53,513 nt of DNA. It comes from Bigelowiella natans CCMP2755 (lineage: Eukaryota > Protista > Cercozoa). The position numbers and the translations under genes are program-made. The notes under the pieces were generated by a model. It ran no database searches, had not been told where the DNA came from, and saw nothing but the letters and a program-made list of their open reading frames with translations. Below are positions 26,880 through 39,127 of the stretch, one piece after another (within the stretch, counting starts at the first letter, position 1; each line of letters starts with the position of its first letter). The stretch lies in the NCBI GenBank assembly GCA_000320545.1, contig ADNK01001876.1:1-53513 (forward strand), given 5' to 3'.

Positions 26880-28260
26880 TGCCTTTTTCCACTCGCCAGA
26901 TTCGGTTTTCCTGCACTTTACGATTGATCTATCTTGAACTGTCAGTAATATTGTCGACGATTATCTGCCAAATACGCCCCCCCCCCACACCACCTGAAAC
27001 CACATTCACCCAGGGTCGATCGTGTAGGTGGTAGCAACCATGGCATCTTTCGAGAAAGAAGACCCAGAACCGATCTCGAAAAGGACCTTCAAAACCAATA
27101 TCTGCTTGTACGACAAACATGCAGCGATCTCGGAGGAGACCTCCTCTCTGGCATCGAGAGCGTAAGTTATCCTTCACGAACACAGGACCACAAGACATTA
27201 CTAAGAAGGAGAACATTTTGTTCCCTCTTGTGTTCCCAATTTTCTCTTGATTCGATTGGCAAAATATCCGTTGATACTATCAGAGCTCCGAAGGGCCTCC
27301 CCGCTAAGACTCTCAAGCCTGTGGGAGACACAAAACGAGCAAACTTCTTCGACGGTCGTATTGAATCTCTTCAATTCCAATCTTAACGCCTCCCATTTTC
27401 TGAATCGTATCACGCTATTCTATTCAGTGGATAACCCTATCCAGAAAATTACACACGCCCAACAGATCGCGTCTGAGGTCGTACCATATATTCAATTTTG
27501 TCTCTCCTTCTCAACTTCCCAAGCTAATCTGATAATTTCCCGATGATCTGGTCATCAATGCTACCACTCGATCAATCTGCTATCAGGCGTTGATTTCTGA
27601 AAAAACCAAGCACGTAAAACCTAAGGACATATCGTGCAAGAATATACTAAATCTGGAGCCCTCGGTAAAACTTTCAATTGGGGACTCCCCACGTTATATA
27701 CTGCTGTGCTATATGGTGTCTATTGAATAAGAAGGGGATTTAACTGTTAGTACATATGAAAGATAGGCCAAATATACAATCGTGAGCTCACATTTTTTCT
27801 ACTTTATATTTTTACCAGGTGAAGGAATTCCAGACTTCTCACAAAAAAGATTTTAGCAGCTCCAACGGGGTTCCTCTAATTTTTTCCTTTTTATCTCACA
27901 CATTTGAAGAATTTATCATAATTTGGTATCTCTACCATCCTATCATCAGAGAATAACAAGCACTAACAAGGGAGGTCCACCAAGAGCCAAGGAATCCCAC
28001 GTGAATCTGGTATATATTATTGTATGCTCAGTCTCAATTCTGTGCATGGGATCTACCGATGAAAACCCTCAATTCATCACCATATATTACTTTTAAAACC
28101 CCAATTTTCGTGTCTAACAAAACAGAAATTTGAGGACAGATCCTATTACGTACCAACATCAAAAGCGCAATTCGTCGAGTATCAAAACAAGAGAAGCGCG
28201 CGAGGTCAGTAAGCACGAAAACATCGACTGCATCAAAAATTGATCTGTAGTGCTTCGGAA
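26880..28260 (-). mobile_element. Degenerate non-LTR retrotransposon (RT) relic
   Basis: Microsatellite-free broken frames on the minus strand in RT order: VDVFVLTDLARF (~28200-28230), KIGVLK (~28100), LLFSDDRMV (~27933-27959; Y/FxDD-like), then LLTVQDRSIVKCRK (~26905-26950). Many stops and frameshifts. Confidence 0.45.
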
Positions 28261-28689
28261 TTTTTGGTGCGTCTCAAACACATTGAGGTCTGAAAACTAT
28301 ATCTTTAAATAATACAGCTGCCGCGAACCACATTAAGGAAGGAATGTACAAGTAAATCTACATAAACATCCATCGTAGCAACTATCTGGAATGCAAATGC
28401 TAATACATGTGCATCGAAAATAGGTCGAATTTTCACCAGCATCACTTTGAAGTGAAGGATCGCTTCTCTACTACCACTCATCTAGCATTCCAAAATCGGA
28501 AGTAGGAAGGAAATGATTTGTGCTGTAGTATGAAGCTCGACTATGTGCAGAGCAATACAGAGAACAGCGCCTCATCATAGGATTTAGACGTGGAGTTTTC
28601 CTTCAAGAACACAAATCTAGAAATGATCGATTATCTTTAACTGTCGATAAAGAAAGTCATTGATCAATGATAACTCATTACACACGCTA

Positions 28690-29458
28690 TGCTGCGTGCT
28701 GCTGGCATTGGACTCACATGTGTTTGCTTTTTCACTCTTGCGCATTCATCGCGAGCGGCGACGCGTCGTCATCCGGATCGGAGCCATGCTGCGAAACCGC
28801 GTTGTCCCTGGACACGGTGAGCACAATGCACATTGTACACAATGAGGTGCATACACGACGGTGTGCACAGTGCATTCGTTCCATGCGATTTGAATCACAA
28901 TTGGCGTTGGTGCACATCATCACTGGATCACGTCTAGATGTGTGATGTGTGCAATGACGTTGTGTCGTCTGATGTGTGCACGTGCACACGCATTTGCAGT
29001 CATTGCTGTGCACGGCGGTGTTGCTGCACGTGTTGCGCACAGTCAACGCACCTAGCTGGTGATGTCACGATGTGAATCACGATGAGGCATGCCGTGATTT
29101 GCTGCAGCATCCTTTCAAAACAATGGACATGGTGATGGCACATGCATGCATCATGCATGATGTTGCGTGATGGTGACAGCACATGCACATCACACATGAT
29201 GTTGCGTGTCCATGATCAAAGTGATGCAGCACAGCAATGTTGCTCGTTTCTCATCAGCAGGCCACAATGCCACTCATGCAAGTTGATGACATGGCAATCA
29301 GCGCCAGTACTTCCTCAATCTCTTTGAATGAATTGGACTCTGGTGCCACCAGATCATTCGAGTGAACAAATGAATGAATGAATGACATGAATGATTCCGA
29401 ACCAAAGCGAAGCAGCTCGCCTATGAAAAAAAAAAATCTTCTCAATCCAGCAGCCCTG
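28690..29458. mobile_element. TpA-depleted decayed transposon island ending in a hAT-like terminus (CAGCCCTG, 29451-29458)
   Basis: Only 5 TA dinucleotides in 28691-29420 (hand count); CpG retained; Cys/His-rich, Tyr-poor spurious ORFs. Terminus resembles the one at 33239. Confidence 0.55.
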
Positions 29459-29772
29459 GTTCGTTCTGTTCTTTGGGCGTGGCACCAGAAGATAAAAAAT
29501 ACCCCAGAATTTGACCACAACTACACCTTGATTACAGCACTTCGTCCTTGAGAAAGTTAATGGCACGCATTTTGCAGAAAATGATGATGACGAAGATGAT
29601 GATAATTGATGGTGATACATCTAGGAGAAAGTGTCCTGAGGAGAGAATATCTCCTGGAAAACTCCACGACCGACGAATGGGCCAGAGCACGTAGACGACC
29701 CCCTCCCCCCTCTTTAAACACATACATACACGCACGCTTATGTGTGTGTGCGTGCGTGCGTGTGCATGTTGC

Positions 29773-31072
29773 ATGAGCCAACGATACGTGACGATGTCTG
29801 AAAATCTTCATGTGAAAACAAAGGAAACAACTGCTTCATTTCTCAGGGCTTCCAAAGTTGGGGTTGCAGTTGCTGCAGGAGCAATCGGGATGGGAGTTTA
29901 CTCTTCGATGAAGCGGAGCGCGTAAATCGAAAACATTCTGAGAAACTGAAACGCTGAGTTTTCAACTAACTTGCTGACCATATATATCTTAACAGGAAGT
30001 ACGTCGCAGTAACACTTCCAAGGTTGTTGGCATAATCCTTTCAAGGGTTCCCACGCAGCATTTTCAGCATTGTATTTTTGGCTACTTTGACCCTTAGGAT
30101 CCAAGAAATCAAGCTTAACAGGCTCCACCCAGCTCCAAGGTACCCACAAAAGCGTTGTTTGACTTTTTGTTGGAAATATTCCGCGGGCTACTCGTGATGG
30201 GGTTTTATCCTATAGTGTGGCAGTCAAAGCATCATCTCTGTGGGAAGAGCACGGCGCCATTGTGATGGTTGTTCGGCGAATGGGATGACTACTATGCCGA
30301 GAGGAGGCCTCTACATTGGTCTCCTTGAAGCCTGAGGTGCTACATATCTTCGATAGTCAGTCATTGCTCGTTCGCTACTGCGTGCGCGCCCATTGTAATA
30401 ATCATCTTACGCGGCTTCTACTCCGTACCTTCAGCTCAAGAAGCTCGGGTTGGATGCGGTACCCATTCATGCCGTGGTTCATGAAAACCTCCCAGGAGAA
30501 CTCGAGGGTTTCCAGAAATACTGGATGGACAACCCCGTGTTCCTCGATGAAGGGCGGGAGTTCTACAAGGCGCAGGTTGGCATAGTTGATTGACGACTAA
30601 TTTGCTCTGTGTGCGTGTGCGTGCGTGTGCGTGTGTGTTCCAAAGTGATTTTAATGATGCGACGAAATAGGGGGAACGCTGGCTGGGGATCATAAGTGGG
30701 TTCACAAGCTCGAAGGTGTGGAGCAACGTGGACAGGTTATTATAACAAGGGTAAGAGTGGAGAGCAAGCCATTCATGCCAGTGTTATTACAGAGCTAAAA
30801 GTGGCGGCTACAAAGGGAATCTGAAAGGAGAAGGCAGGCTCCTGGGAGGTGTCCTGGTCATCGGGAAAGGCCAACAGGTGTTTTGTGGTGAACGAAAAAA
30901 AGAGAAAGAAGCAGATCCGGAAAACGTTTGAATGTACGATGTTTATATTTAAAGTACATGAATGAAACATTTACAGGGTGTCCTAGCCGATTTCCGTGAA
31001 GAAGTGTGGGGAGATCATGCCGACCCAAAGGCAGTCCTGGAGGCTGCAAAGAAAATCGGTGAATCAAAATGA
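29773..31072 (+). CDS. SELENOU: Selenoprotein U (PRXL2A/FAM213A, AhpC/TSA-like thioredoxin fold) with UxxC; about 8 exons
   Basis: KASSLWEEHGAIVMVVRRMG-TGA(30286-30288)-LLCREEA matches the SelU RRPGUxLCREEA motif. Downstream AVVHENL, VFLDEGREFYK, GNLKGEGRLLGGVLVIG, GVLADFREEVWGD, VLEAAKK; true stop TGA 31070-31072. Confidence 0.93.
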
Positions 31073-31155
31073 GGCTACAAGCGTTTTCAAAGGCCTCCCT
31101 GAGGCTGATGTGCTGCTTCACGCCGTGAAAACGACCGAATCCTGGATGATTGTGA

Positions 31156-31236
31156 GGCGAATGATCAGTATGATAGCTGTCTCCGAAAACCTGCTCGCAA
31201 TAAATCGCGTGCAATCGGCGGAGCTTGATGTGTGCC
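31156..31236 (+). promoter_or_regulatory. SECIS element (type II) in SelU 3' UTR
   Basis: ATGAT core (31170-31174); 11-nt helix II agctgtctccg pairing cggcggagct; unpaired AAAA (31186-31189); apical mini-stem tgctcgc/gcgtgca; 3' TGAT (31226-31229); about 100 nt after the stop. Helix I is weak. Confidence 0.8.
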
Positions 31237-31319
31237 ACATAAGATATGGTTTTCATTCGTACGCAACAACGGGATTTGATACGTGTATATTGACAGATAC
31301 ATGAATGCTTGTAGCATGT

Positions 31320-31399
<80 letters not shown>

Positions 31400-31426
31400 T
31401 ATATTATACAGCAATAATTATGTGTG

Positions 31427-31458
<32 letters not shown>

Positions 31459-31764
31459 TCAGGTGTCTATTAAACGTAACATGACATGTGTACATGTGTG
31501 CGCATAGCATGTACTATGACTAATAGGCTACAAATTGATATGGATGCAGCTATAGCTACATGGCATACGACATGCATGGGTCAATGAAAAATGGCATCAT
31601 TGCTATATTGCACCAACCGCTTTCTCTTCCATACATATATAAATAGACAAACTCAAACTCAATAAGAAGTGACGCGGTGTAACAGCCTATCATGACAATC
31701 ATCTAAGTATATAAGCAGTTCGCAACAATTTGTTCGTGACGTGTGATTGCATGATTGCATGCTA

Positions 31765-31827
31765 CTTTGCATAGCTACATTAAGATGACCATCGAAAAAT
31801 AATACTTTACTCAGTACATCCGTCTCA
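31765..31827 (+). repeat. Copy of CATCCGTCTCA-terminated dispersed repeat; CATG/TGCA-rich body extends upstream to ~31470
   Basis: Shares GCATAGCTAC-TTAAG and TCAnTACATCCGTCTCACA with the copy at 49173 and the internal block with the copy at 12579. Confidence 0.7.
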
Positions 31828-32358
31828 CAATTGCATGCTACCCCGCGCTATTTGTGTATAATAATTGTGCTCTGTGTGCAAAATTTTCTAAAGTTTCGTG
31901 GCACACACGCATACAGCTAGCTTATAAGCTGTGCGAAGGCAGCAAACAGTGTCTCTCGCTGGATAATCCTTTTGTAAACAAATATGCATAGCAGATACCG
32001 TGTCATATTTATTACTATGTCATATGTTGTTAAAGACAGGGAGGAATAACCCCACATGTTGCGCGGATTCTCGCTCCATGGCCTCTTCTCTGTTGCTTAC
32101 ATATGCATGCGTTACGTGAACATGTGTATAGTAGCAGTCGTAGTATTCTTGCACATTTGTGCATGTGTGCGCATGCATGAGCTAATCAAAACTCTGTACG
32201 AAATTTAATTAGGACTGCCTACCTCGCGCTTCATAGATTCATGCTTACACACGTTGAATCTGTGTACTACATTGCGGCAAAGACGAAGACAACTACGCTT
32301 AGACTACATCACGGGTTACATCTGATGTGAGATTCAATACTTAATGTTACAATTTTAA

Positions 32359-33120
32359 TTATAGATTTCTTCTAAAGCCTTCCTGAGCATCCCTTGTGCT
32401 GGACATCATGTTTTCCATTACTGATCCGAACTCATCCTGGTTTAAACCCATCTCATAGTCCTCCCATTCCTCTTCCGAATCAATATAATCCTTATCGTAA
32501 TCATATTCATCTTTATCTAATGCGTTTTCAGAGGTTTGTCCTTCTGGCCTATTCATTGCTACAGGAAGGAATATGAATTTGATGTCCGGGGTTCGCATGA
32601 TTGGGACCTCTCGGGACATCTGGCTACGAAGGTATCCCTTCGCGCGCTTAAGTGCGTCTTTGATCTCTGCAGATTGTTGAGAGTCTCCCGTCACATATAT
32701 ACGGACAACGGAGAGCTGGTTTTGCATCTCTACGTTTACGAGCTGTGTACTTTCCAGTTTTGGATCGGTAAGGCCATATTCAAACTCAAATTCCAGAATT
32801 CGTTGATATATCACCTCTAACCTTTCGGACCTATTCACCCCATTCTTTCCACCCTTTTTCTTCCTTGCATAGCAGGATGTGCCGCGATTCCCTCGTATCT
32901 GTCCCAAAGGAGATCCAAAAGTTGGGTTCCAGCATCTCTCTCCACATCTCCTTAATCTAACATCGCCTGCTGATCGGGAACTATATGTAAGTAGGGAAGC
33001 TTTGGGATGTATTATACGGGAGAGACGTGCAGTTCTTTGAGGTTGATTTCTCAGAGAGGCAACGGAAAAGCTAGCGATGGCAAGTATTAAAAGCGATGGC
33101 TGTGAGCCACGTGGTGCCAT
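32359..33120 (-). CDS. rbfA: Ribosome-binding factor A, plastid-targeted (signal + transit peptide), intronless
   Basis: Single 253-aa ORF. Signal MAPRGSQPSLLILAIASFSVAS; Arg/Ser-rich transit region; RbfA motifs RSERL..., DPKL...VNVEM.NQLSVVRIYVT, ALKRAKGYLRSQMSREVPIMRTPDIKF; acidic tail. Confidence 0.9.
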   Translation of the reverse strand: MAPRGSQPSLLILAIASFSVASLRNQPQRTARLSRIIHPKASLLTYSSRSAGDVRLRRCGERCWNPTFGSPLGQIRGNRGTSCYARKKKGGKNGVNRSERLEVIYQRILEFEFEYGLTDPKLESTQLVNVEMQNQLSVVRIYVTGDSQQSAEIKDALKRAKGYLRSQMSREVPIMRTPDIKFIFLPVAMNRPEGQTSENALDKDEYDYDKDYIDSEEEWEDYEMGLNQDEFGSVMENMMSSTRDAQEGFRRNL

Positions 33121-33238
33121 TCTATGTTTTCAGATTAGGGTTTTCGAAGCATTATTTTTCGGCGAAAAAGAGCAGTCTAATTATGTCAAATATTAATTAA
33201 AATCCTTGTCGCAAACATCGCTAGAGATTATTCGGAAA

Positions 33239-34480
33239 TAGGGCTGGATCATTGAGTCTGAATCTGCATCCCTTCGATTTGACATTTAAATTCTCACCAG
33301 CGACATGTAAAAATGCAAGGAAAAACGAATATTTTGATGTCGTATTGGTAAAAAATGCTATCATTTCTTTGGAACGACGACGAGACCGGGTTGTCCTAGC
33401 TGTGTCTAACCCATCATCATCACCGATCAGCAAGATTCATTCATTCCACGTTTCGCACACTGCAAACGTCTTGCAACGTTTTGGAAATGCAGTTTGTCCC
33501 AATTGCATTGCACACGCATTTGTCCAGATTCACTGTCCACTCAAAGACTTTTTTTCTTTCTTCGGGTTGCGGATCCATTTCGGCCTAGCTAGCTAGTGCA
33601 AACAATTTTTCTTCAGCTCGATGGCAGCGCTTGCACGCGTTTGGTTGCATTGGATGTCGCTCTCCTCCGTCTTTTTCACGTCATTCGCCAGCCACGAACA
33701 ATTGGCCACGAACGCGTGTGTGACCACATGCAGACCAGTTGTGCGTGCGCTTCGTTTTTCAGTCTTGAAATGCCAAGTGTGCTGGGTTGCTGGCTGGGCT
33801 GGGCCAAAAACTGACTCCGATCAGATTGTGTCTTTTCACTCAGCCAGTCAGCTCGGCTAGTCGGTGAAGATTGCCTCCGAAGAGCAAAAATGCGAAGGAC
33901 CGTGAACGCGCCGGCAACAGAGACGGCTGGACTGGATGCCCACAGCCAGACAGCTCGTCGCACAACACACGCAAACTCAAAAAAGAGACTGAAAGTCACT
34001 GACAAGTTTGAAAGTGAACGTTCAAACATGTTGATGGTCGAAATTTGTCACAAATTGTCGAAGAACACAACGACGATGCTGACGGGAGTGCTCCGGCAAA
34101 CAAGACCAAAGGATCCAATGATCTGGATTTCTGGTGCTCAAGCGCTGCGGCAACAACAATGCCAGAGCCAGAATTGACAGAAACATCGTGTCGAGTCGTC
34201 TCCAGACGACGATGGTCAGGTGAAAGTCATGGATGACAAATGCCACAAATGACAAATCTCGCTCGCATCGGGCCGATCGATGATGAGACGACGAAATGAG
34301 AATTGGGATTGCTCACAGCGCATGCAACGGAACCATGCAATGAGTTCGCCGGTTCACGTTGCCGGCCAGTGCGCAATGAGTGCAACACAGCAATGATGAT
34401 TGATTCGTAGATTTGGCAATTAATCTTCACTGTGGACAGACAGGATATCACACCGTGCACGCACATCTAGACGTGCTCAT
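33239..34480. mobile_element. TpA-free decayed DNA transposon island (possibly hAT)
   Basis: Begins with hAT-like TAGGGCTG (33239). 33410-34405 contains only 4 TA, all within CTAG (hand count). Plus-frame relic DLDFWCS...TMPE.ELTE resembles the hAT C-terminal dimerisation motif. Confidence 0.55.
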
Positions 34481-34885
34481 GGTGCTCATGTGCCGCAGGT
34501 AACAAACTTTACGTGTCATTTAGACATAGTTGCATAGGGGTGGGTACGCCAGTTCGCCAAGTCTCTAACATGTTCTTACGGCACGCGTACATACACATCG
34601 AACTACTTAGCAAATAGGTGGCTGAACACAACAGTTATTTACTAGGGCTTAAGAAACTGCACAATTCTAGCCACAATTTTTATCTTTATTTATCCCACAC
34701 GTGAAACGACTCCTCGGAGCAACGTGAAAGCATTTCGACTTGAGTGCAGGTTTTACAATAATTGTACGGACTATTAATTACTCAAACCATCGTCGCTCTT
34801 CATGGAACGTTAGAAAACCAATCTAACCTCAACAAATATGATTTACTCATCATTATGTAATAATCACCAGCACATCGCCTTAATG

Positions 34886-35153
34886 TTATCTCCCCCCCCC
34901 TAACATCGGCCGTATCCGATCCCCAACGGAGAGTAATTGCAAGAAGTCGGCGTTGTCCTCTCCAGTGTGAGCTACTTGCTCCAATAGGACACCGAAGACA
35001 ATTTTGTTTTCGGTTCTGATGGATTGAATGTTGCGTAAGGAGACGGACAAAAAGAGAGATAGACAGCGGTGGCAGCAGGAAACAATAAGGTGGTATCATG
35101 CTTTTAGGACACAATGTTACTAGTACACATATACACGCGCGCACGCGTGCACA

Positions 35154-35197
<44 letters not shown>

Positions 35198-35545
35198 ATA
35201 TTATGTGTGTGTGTGCGCGCGCGCGTAATAGTTGTTACTTTCTAAAACTCGCCAGAGTGCGGAGAAGCTTCGACTTTCTATCGCCGCTTTTAGGGTCAAT
35301 ATCAACCATTTGACAGCGCACGCAAGGTCCAATCACATTCATAGGAACGCTCCTCTTTCCCCTCCTAGATGATGATGTTCCTTTACTGCTTCCATCGTCG
35401 TCCTTGCTCTTCTCCCTATCCCCAGCGCTTGCCCTCTCTCGCTCAAACCGTACTCTGCAAGGAAGGAAATACGGGTAGAGGAGGGAAGGAAGAAGGCGTC
35501 GTTGTTATCCATCCTCCATGAAATAAGATTTGAAGCTCAAATATT

Positions 35546-35610
<65 letters not shown>

Positions 35611-35868
35611 CTGTATACAGGACATAATACAATATATTGTATTACTTTAAAAAAAAATGCAGTTGGCGACTTTCACGTCTACTCATGCTATTCGTACCTG
35701 AACCACTGGTCTTCATGGAAAGCAGGAAGGCCGCTTACGACGAAGTTGGGGCGAAACCTTTGATACGTAATCGTTCTCTCCGCCTCCTTGATCTCGACCA
35801 TCCTCTCTGCAACAGACCGAACCTACAGGCCACAAAGACAAGGACAGGGTGGGGAGGCAATAGCGCAT

Positions 35869-35916
<48 letters not shown>

Positions 35917-35942
35917 GTGAAGTCAGATTCTGACTTTATATA

Positions 35943-35982
<40 letters not shown>

Positions 35983-36321
35983 TGTGTGTGTGTGTGTGTG
36001 TTTGTGTGAATATGATGAGGCAAAGCAGAATGAAAGGGACATAATAGTGGTGGTAGGGGGTGGAGAGATAGATAGAGAGGAAGACTAGTAGTATGCACAC
36101 TTACGCTGGACTCCGAGATCAGGAGGAATTGGCCTTCATTTGCAAATGCAAGCTGTTGCTGTCCAATGCCGTCCCCACTATCGTCTCCTCCTCCTCCTTC
36201 TCCACCACCACCGTCTCTAGTGACTTTCTTCCTCCCCCTTCTTGTGTTTGCACGGCGGGGAGTATTCATGCGGACCAGAGAGCATGGTTGGCCAAGAACT
36301 CTCTCGAGCCATACTCCTATG

Positions 36322-36403
<82 letters not shown>

Positions 36404-37325
36404 CATATTTATATATATTTTGAAAAATATCTGTCTCACTCTCTCCCCCCCTCCCTGTGTGTATGTGTGTGCGTGAGAGAGAGAGTCAATGTGATAAGCG
36501 CGCTTCCGCGGGTACGAGCGAAGTAACGAACACCAGGGTCATTAGCGGACTCTTCGAGGGTTTGGCACTTAGAGGTGCACACGCGTGTTTCACGCAGAAG
36601 CAGCGGAGCGCCATTCTCATCCTTCCTCCCTCCTCCTGTTGTTGTTGTCGTTGTTGTGACGATTGAATGGCCCTCTCGCAAAGGAATGACAAGCGGCTCC
36701 TCCCCCTTTGCCGTTAGCGTGAGAGTTCCTTTCTCAAGGTCGATGCTGCACAAGGGAGGGGGGAAGGGGGGGAAGGGAGGGAGAAGGAATGTGTGGGGGG
36801 TGACCTCTTTTTGAACAAATATTACAACAAGAACAGCAAGAGCAAGAAGAAGAAGAAGAACAACGGCGACTATGATGATGGCGGCTGCTGATAGTACCGA
36901 GGATAGATCTGGCTCATCTTCGGCACACGCTTTTGCGTCAGCGCAGTGCCCCTTGCATTGACGATAGCCTGGGAAAGGGAGGGAGGAGGAGGAGAAACGT
37001 GTGTTGTAAGGGACTTCTTAATCACGCCGCACCTTCTCTCAAAATTGACTGCAATGTGAAAGGAGCCGCGTGGACATGTCGCGTGTAGCGCTTGTTTTTG
37101 CCCATCGAAGCATAGGTGTTGTTTGTGTGCAGACTAATATCTGCTCCTTGTTGTTTGATGATGGTATATGCTGATACATAAAAGTGTGAATGACCCAATG
37201 GCGGTCGTAGGATAACCCCGTTGTACTCAAGCTCCACCGTGAAACCTTTCATTTGTTGGCCGTTCAGAAGCAGCAGCAGCAGCAGCAGCAACAAGATATA
37301 CGACGACAACAACGTAGTAAGAGAG

Positions 37326-37372
<47 letters not shown>

Positions 37373-38104
37373 AGAGGAGGGGCGAGTAGCGCGGGGCTTA
37401 CTTCCATGCCAGCACAAGACTTTACTGGATATACGATCAGTTTCGTCAAAACCGCAACCTCCTCCTCCTCCTCCTCCTCTTTCTCCCCCTTGTTGCTTTG
37501 GCTGCTGTGCGCATGGGAGGGAGGGGAGAGTCCAGGCACGAGGCTGCGATTGGCGGTCTTCTTCTTCACCGCCTCCTCCCCCTCGACGAAATGCATACGG
37601 AGAAAATCCAGCCACCGATCGACCTCCGCCATTGTGCTCATGTACCCCAACGACACACGCACAGATCTGAAGAAGGAGGGGGAGGGGGAGAGAGGAGGGA
37701 GGAGGGAGGAGGCGATGTTGCGTAGATGACTCTTAACGTGTATTAGACATACAACATGTGATCTGAAACCGGGGAAAATGAAGACGTCTTTCTATTGCGG
37801 TGCAATATCAAAAGTCCATACTCATCCACTACTTCTATTTGTACACACCCGGTTGGCTTGCCGTCGATGAGGTCGTTTTGATCCCAGCACACGTGGCCTG
37901 CTTCGTTGTTGCGTTTGATGGCCTCTTTTGACAAACCGAGGTACTTCTGACAGGCTCCAGGATTGCAAAAACAACCCGTGCGCACCTACGACATATCATT
38001 TATACTTATCCATTTATCTACACATGTTTTATACATTTATTTATTGACACGAATTCAGTAAGAACAAATGAGTGCGGCTTGCCTGTGTAAGATTTGTAAG
38101 TACA

Positions 38105-38146
<42 letters not shown>

Positions 38147-38630
38147 CCTCACCACCATCATGATCATCGTCGTCATCATCATCATCACCATCATCATCAC
38201 CATCATCCCACCTGTATTCCGTAGATGGTCGCCATGCGCTCCACAGCTGAGTACCCCACCCACTTGCCTTGAGAGTCCTTGACGTTGAAACTCACGATGG
38301 TTCCATGCTTCCCTCTGCGTATAATTCTCGAAAGCCGCTGCTGCTTCATCTCTCCACCCTTCGTCTCCCCCCCCCCCTCCTCCTCTGGAAAGCCATAGAT
38401 CCAGCACACCTGGGCGCCTGAGGAGAGGATACAAGCTATTATGTCGGATGAGCGTTCGGAGTGTGCGCGCGCGTGTGTGTGTGTGTGTGTGTGTTTGATG
38501 TTCTCCCGCTCCTACACATCACCACCACCACCACCACCACCACCACCACTACCATCTCAATGGCAATAAATCGCCTCACCCTCACCCTCCTGCCTCTCCT
38601 TCCTACAACCAGAGCATGGGGGGGGGTAGG

Positions 38631-38665
<35 letters not shown>

Positions 38666-38966
38666 TCACCACCACTACCACAACTTCCACTATAACTACT
38701 ACTAACTACTGCTAGTACCATTGTGATGCCTTAGACATGTCATTTCAGTGTAGAGGTAGGCGGCCAGGGCTGTAACGTGCGCATGGACTGCTTTGATCCC
38801 CCCGAGACCGTTCAGGAGCTGGAAACCATGCCGTATTGCACAGATCGATAGAAACGATATCTGCAGCAGCCAAGCAGCAACACATGAACAAAGTTTCAAG
38901 GGGAAATAACTTACAGCACGCCTCGCTTCACATCGTTTCGCTCTATCGCTCCCCTCCCCTCCCTCT

Positions 38967-38998
<32 letters not shown>

Positions 38999-39089
38999 TC
39001 TCTATCTATCTATCTCTCTCTCTCTCTCTTTCTCCCCGGCCCTCTCTTTCTCGCACATACTATTGCGAGTTCCACCTCCTCGTCGTTGG

Positions 39090-39127
<38 letters not shown>

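Noticed and set aside
28660-29327. Cys/His-rich ORFs resembling metal-binding proteins
   Set aside because: Open frames arise in several frames on both strands because TA loss removes TAA/TAG stops and turns Tyr into Cys/His; a compositional artefact.
31105-31168. Alternative SECIS using GTGA at ~31125 within the gcttcacg/tgtgaggc hairpin
   Set aside because: Helix II would be too short and the AA spacing wrong; the 31170 core fits the consensus better.
28690-34405. CpG-methylation decay or classical RIP as the cause of the TG/CA-rich islands
   Set aside because: CpG remains abundant and TpA is lost rather than gained.
33596-34466. Overlapping ORFs on both strands
   Set aside because: Same artefact of TpA depletion; no coherent gene model.
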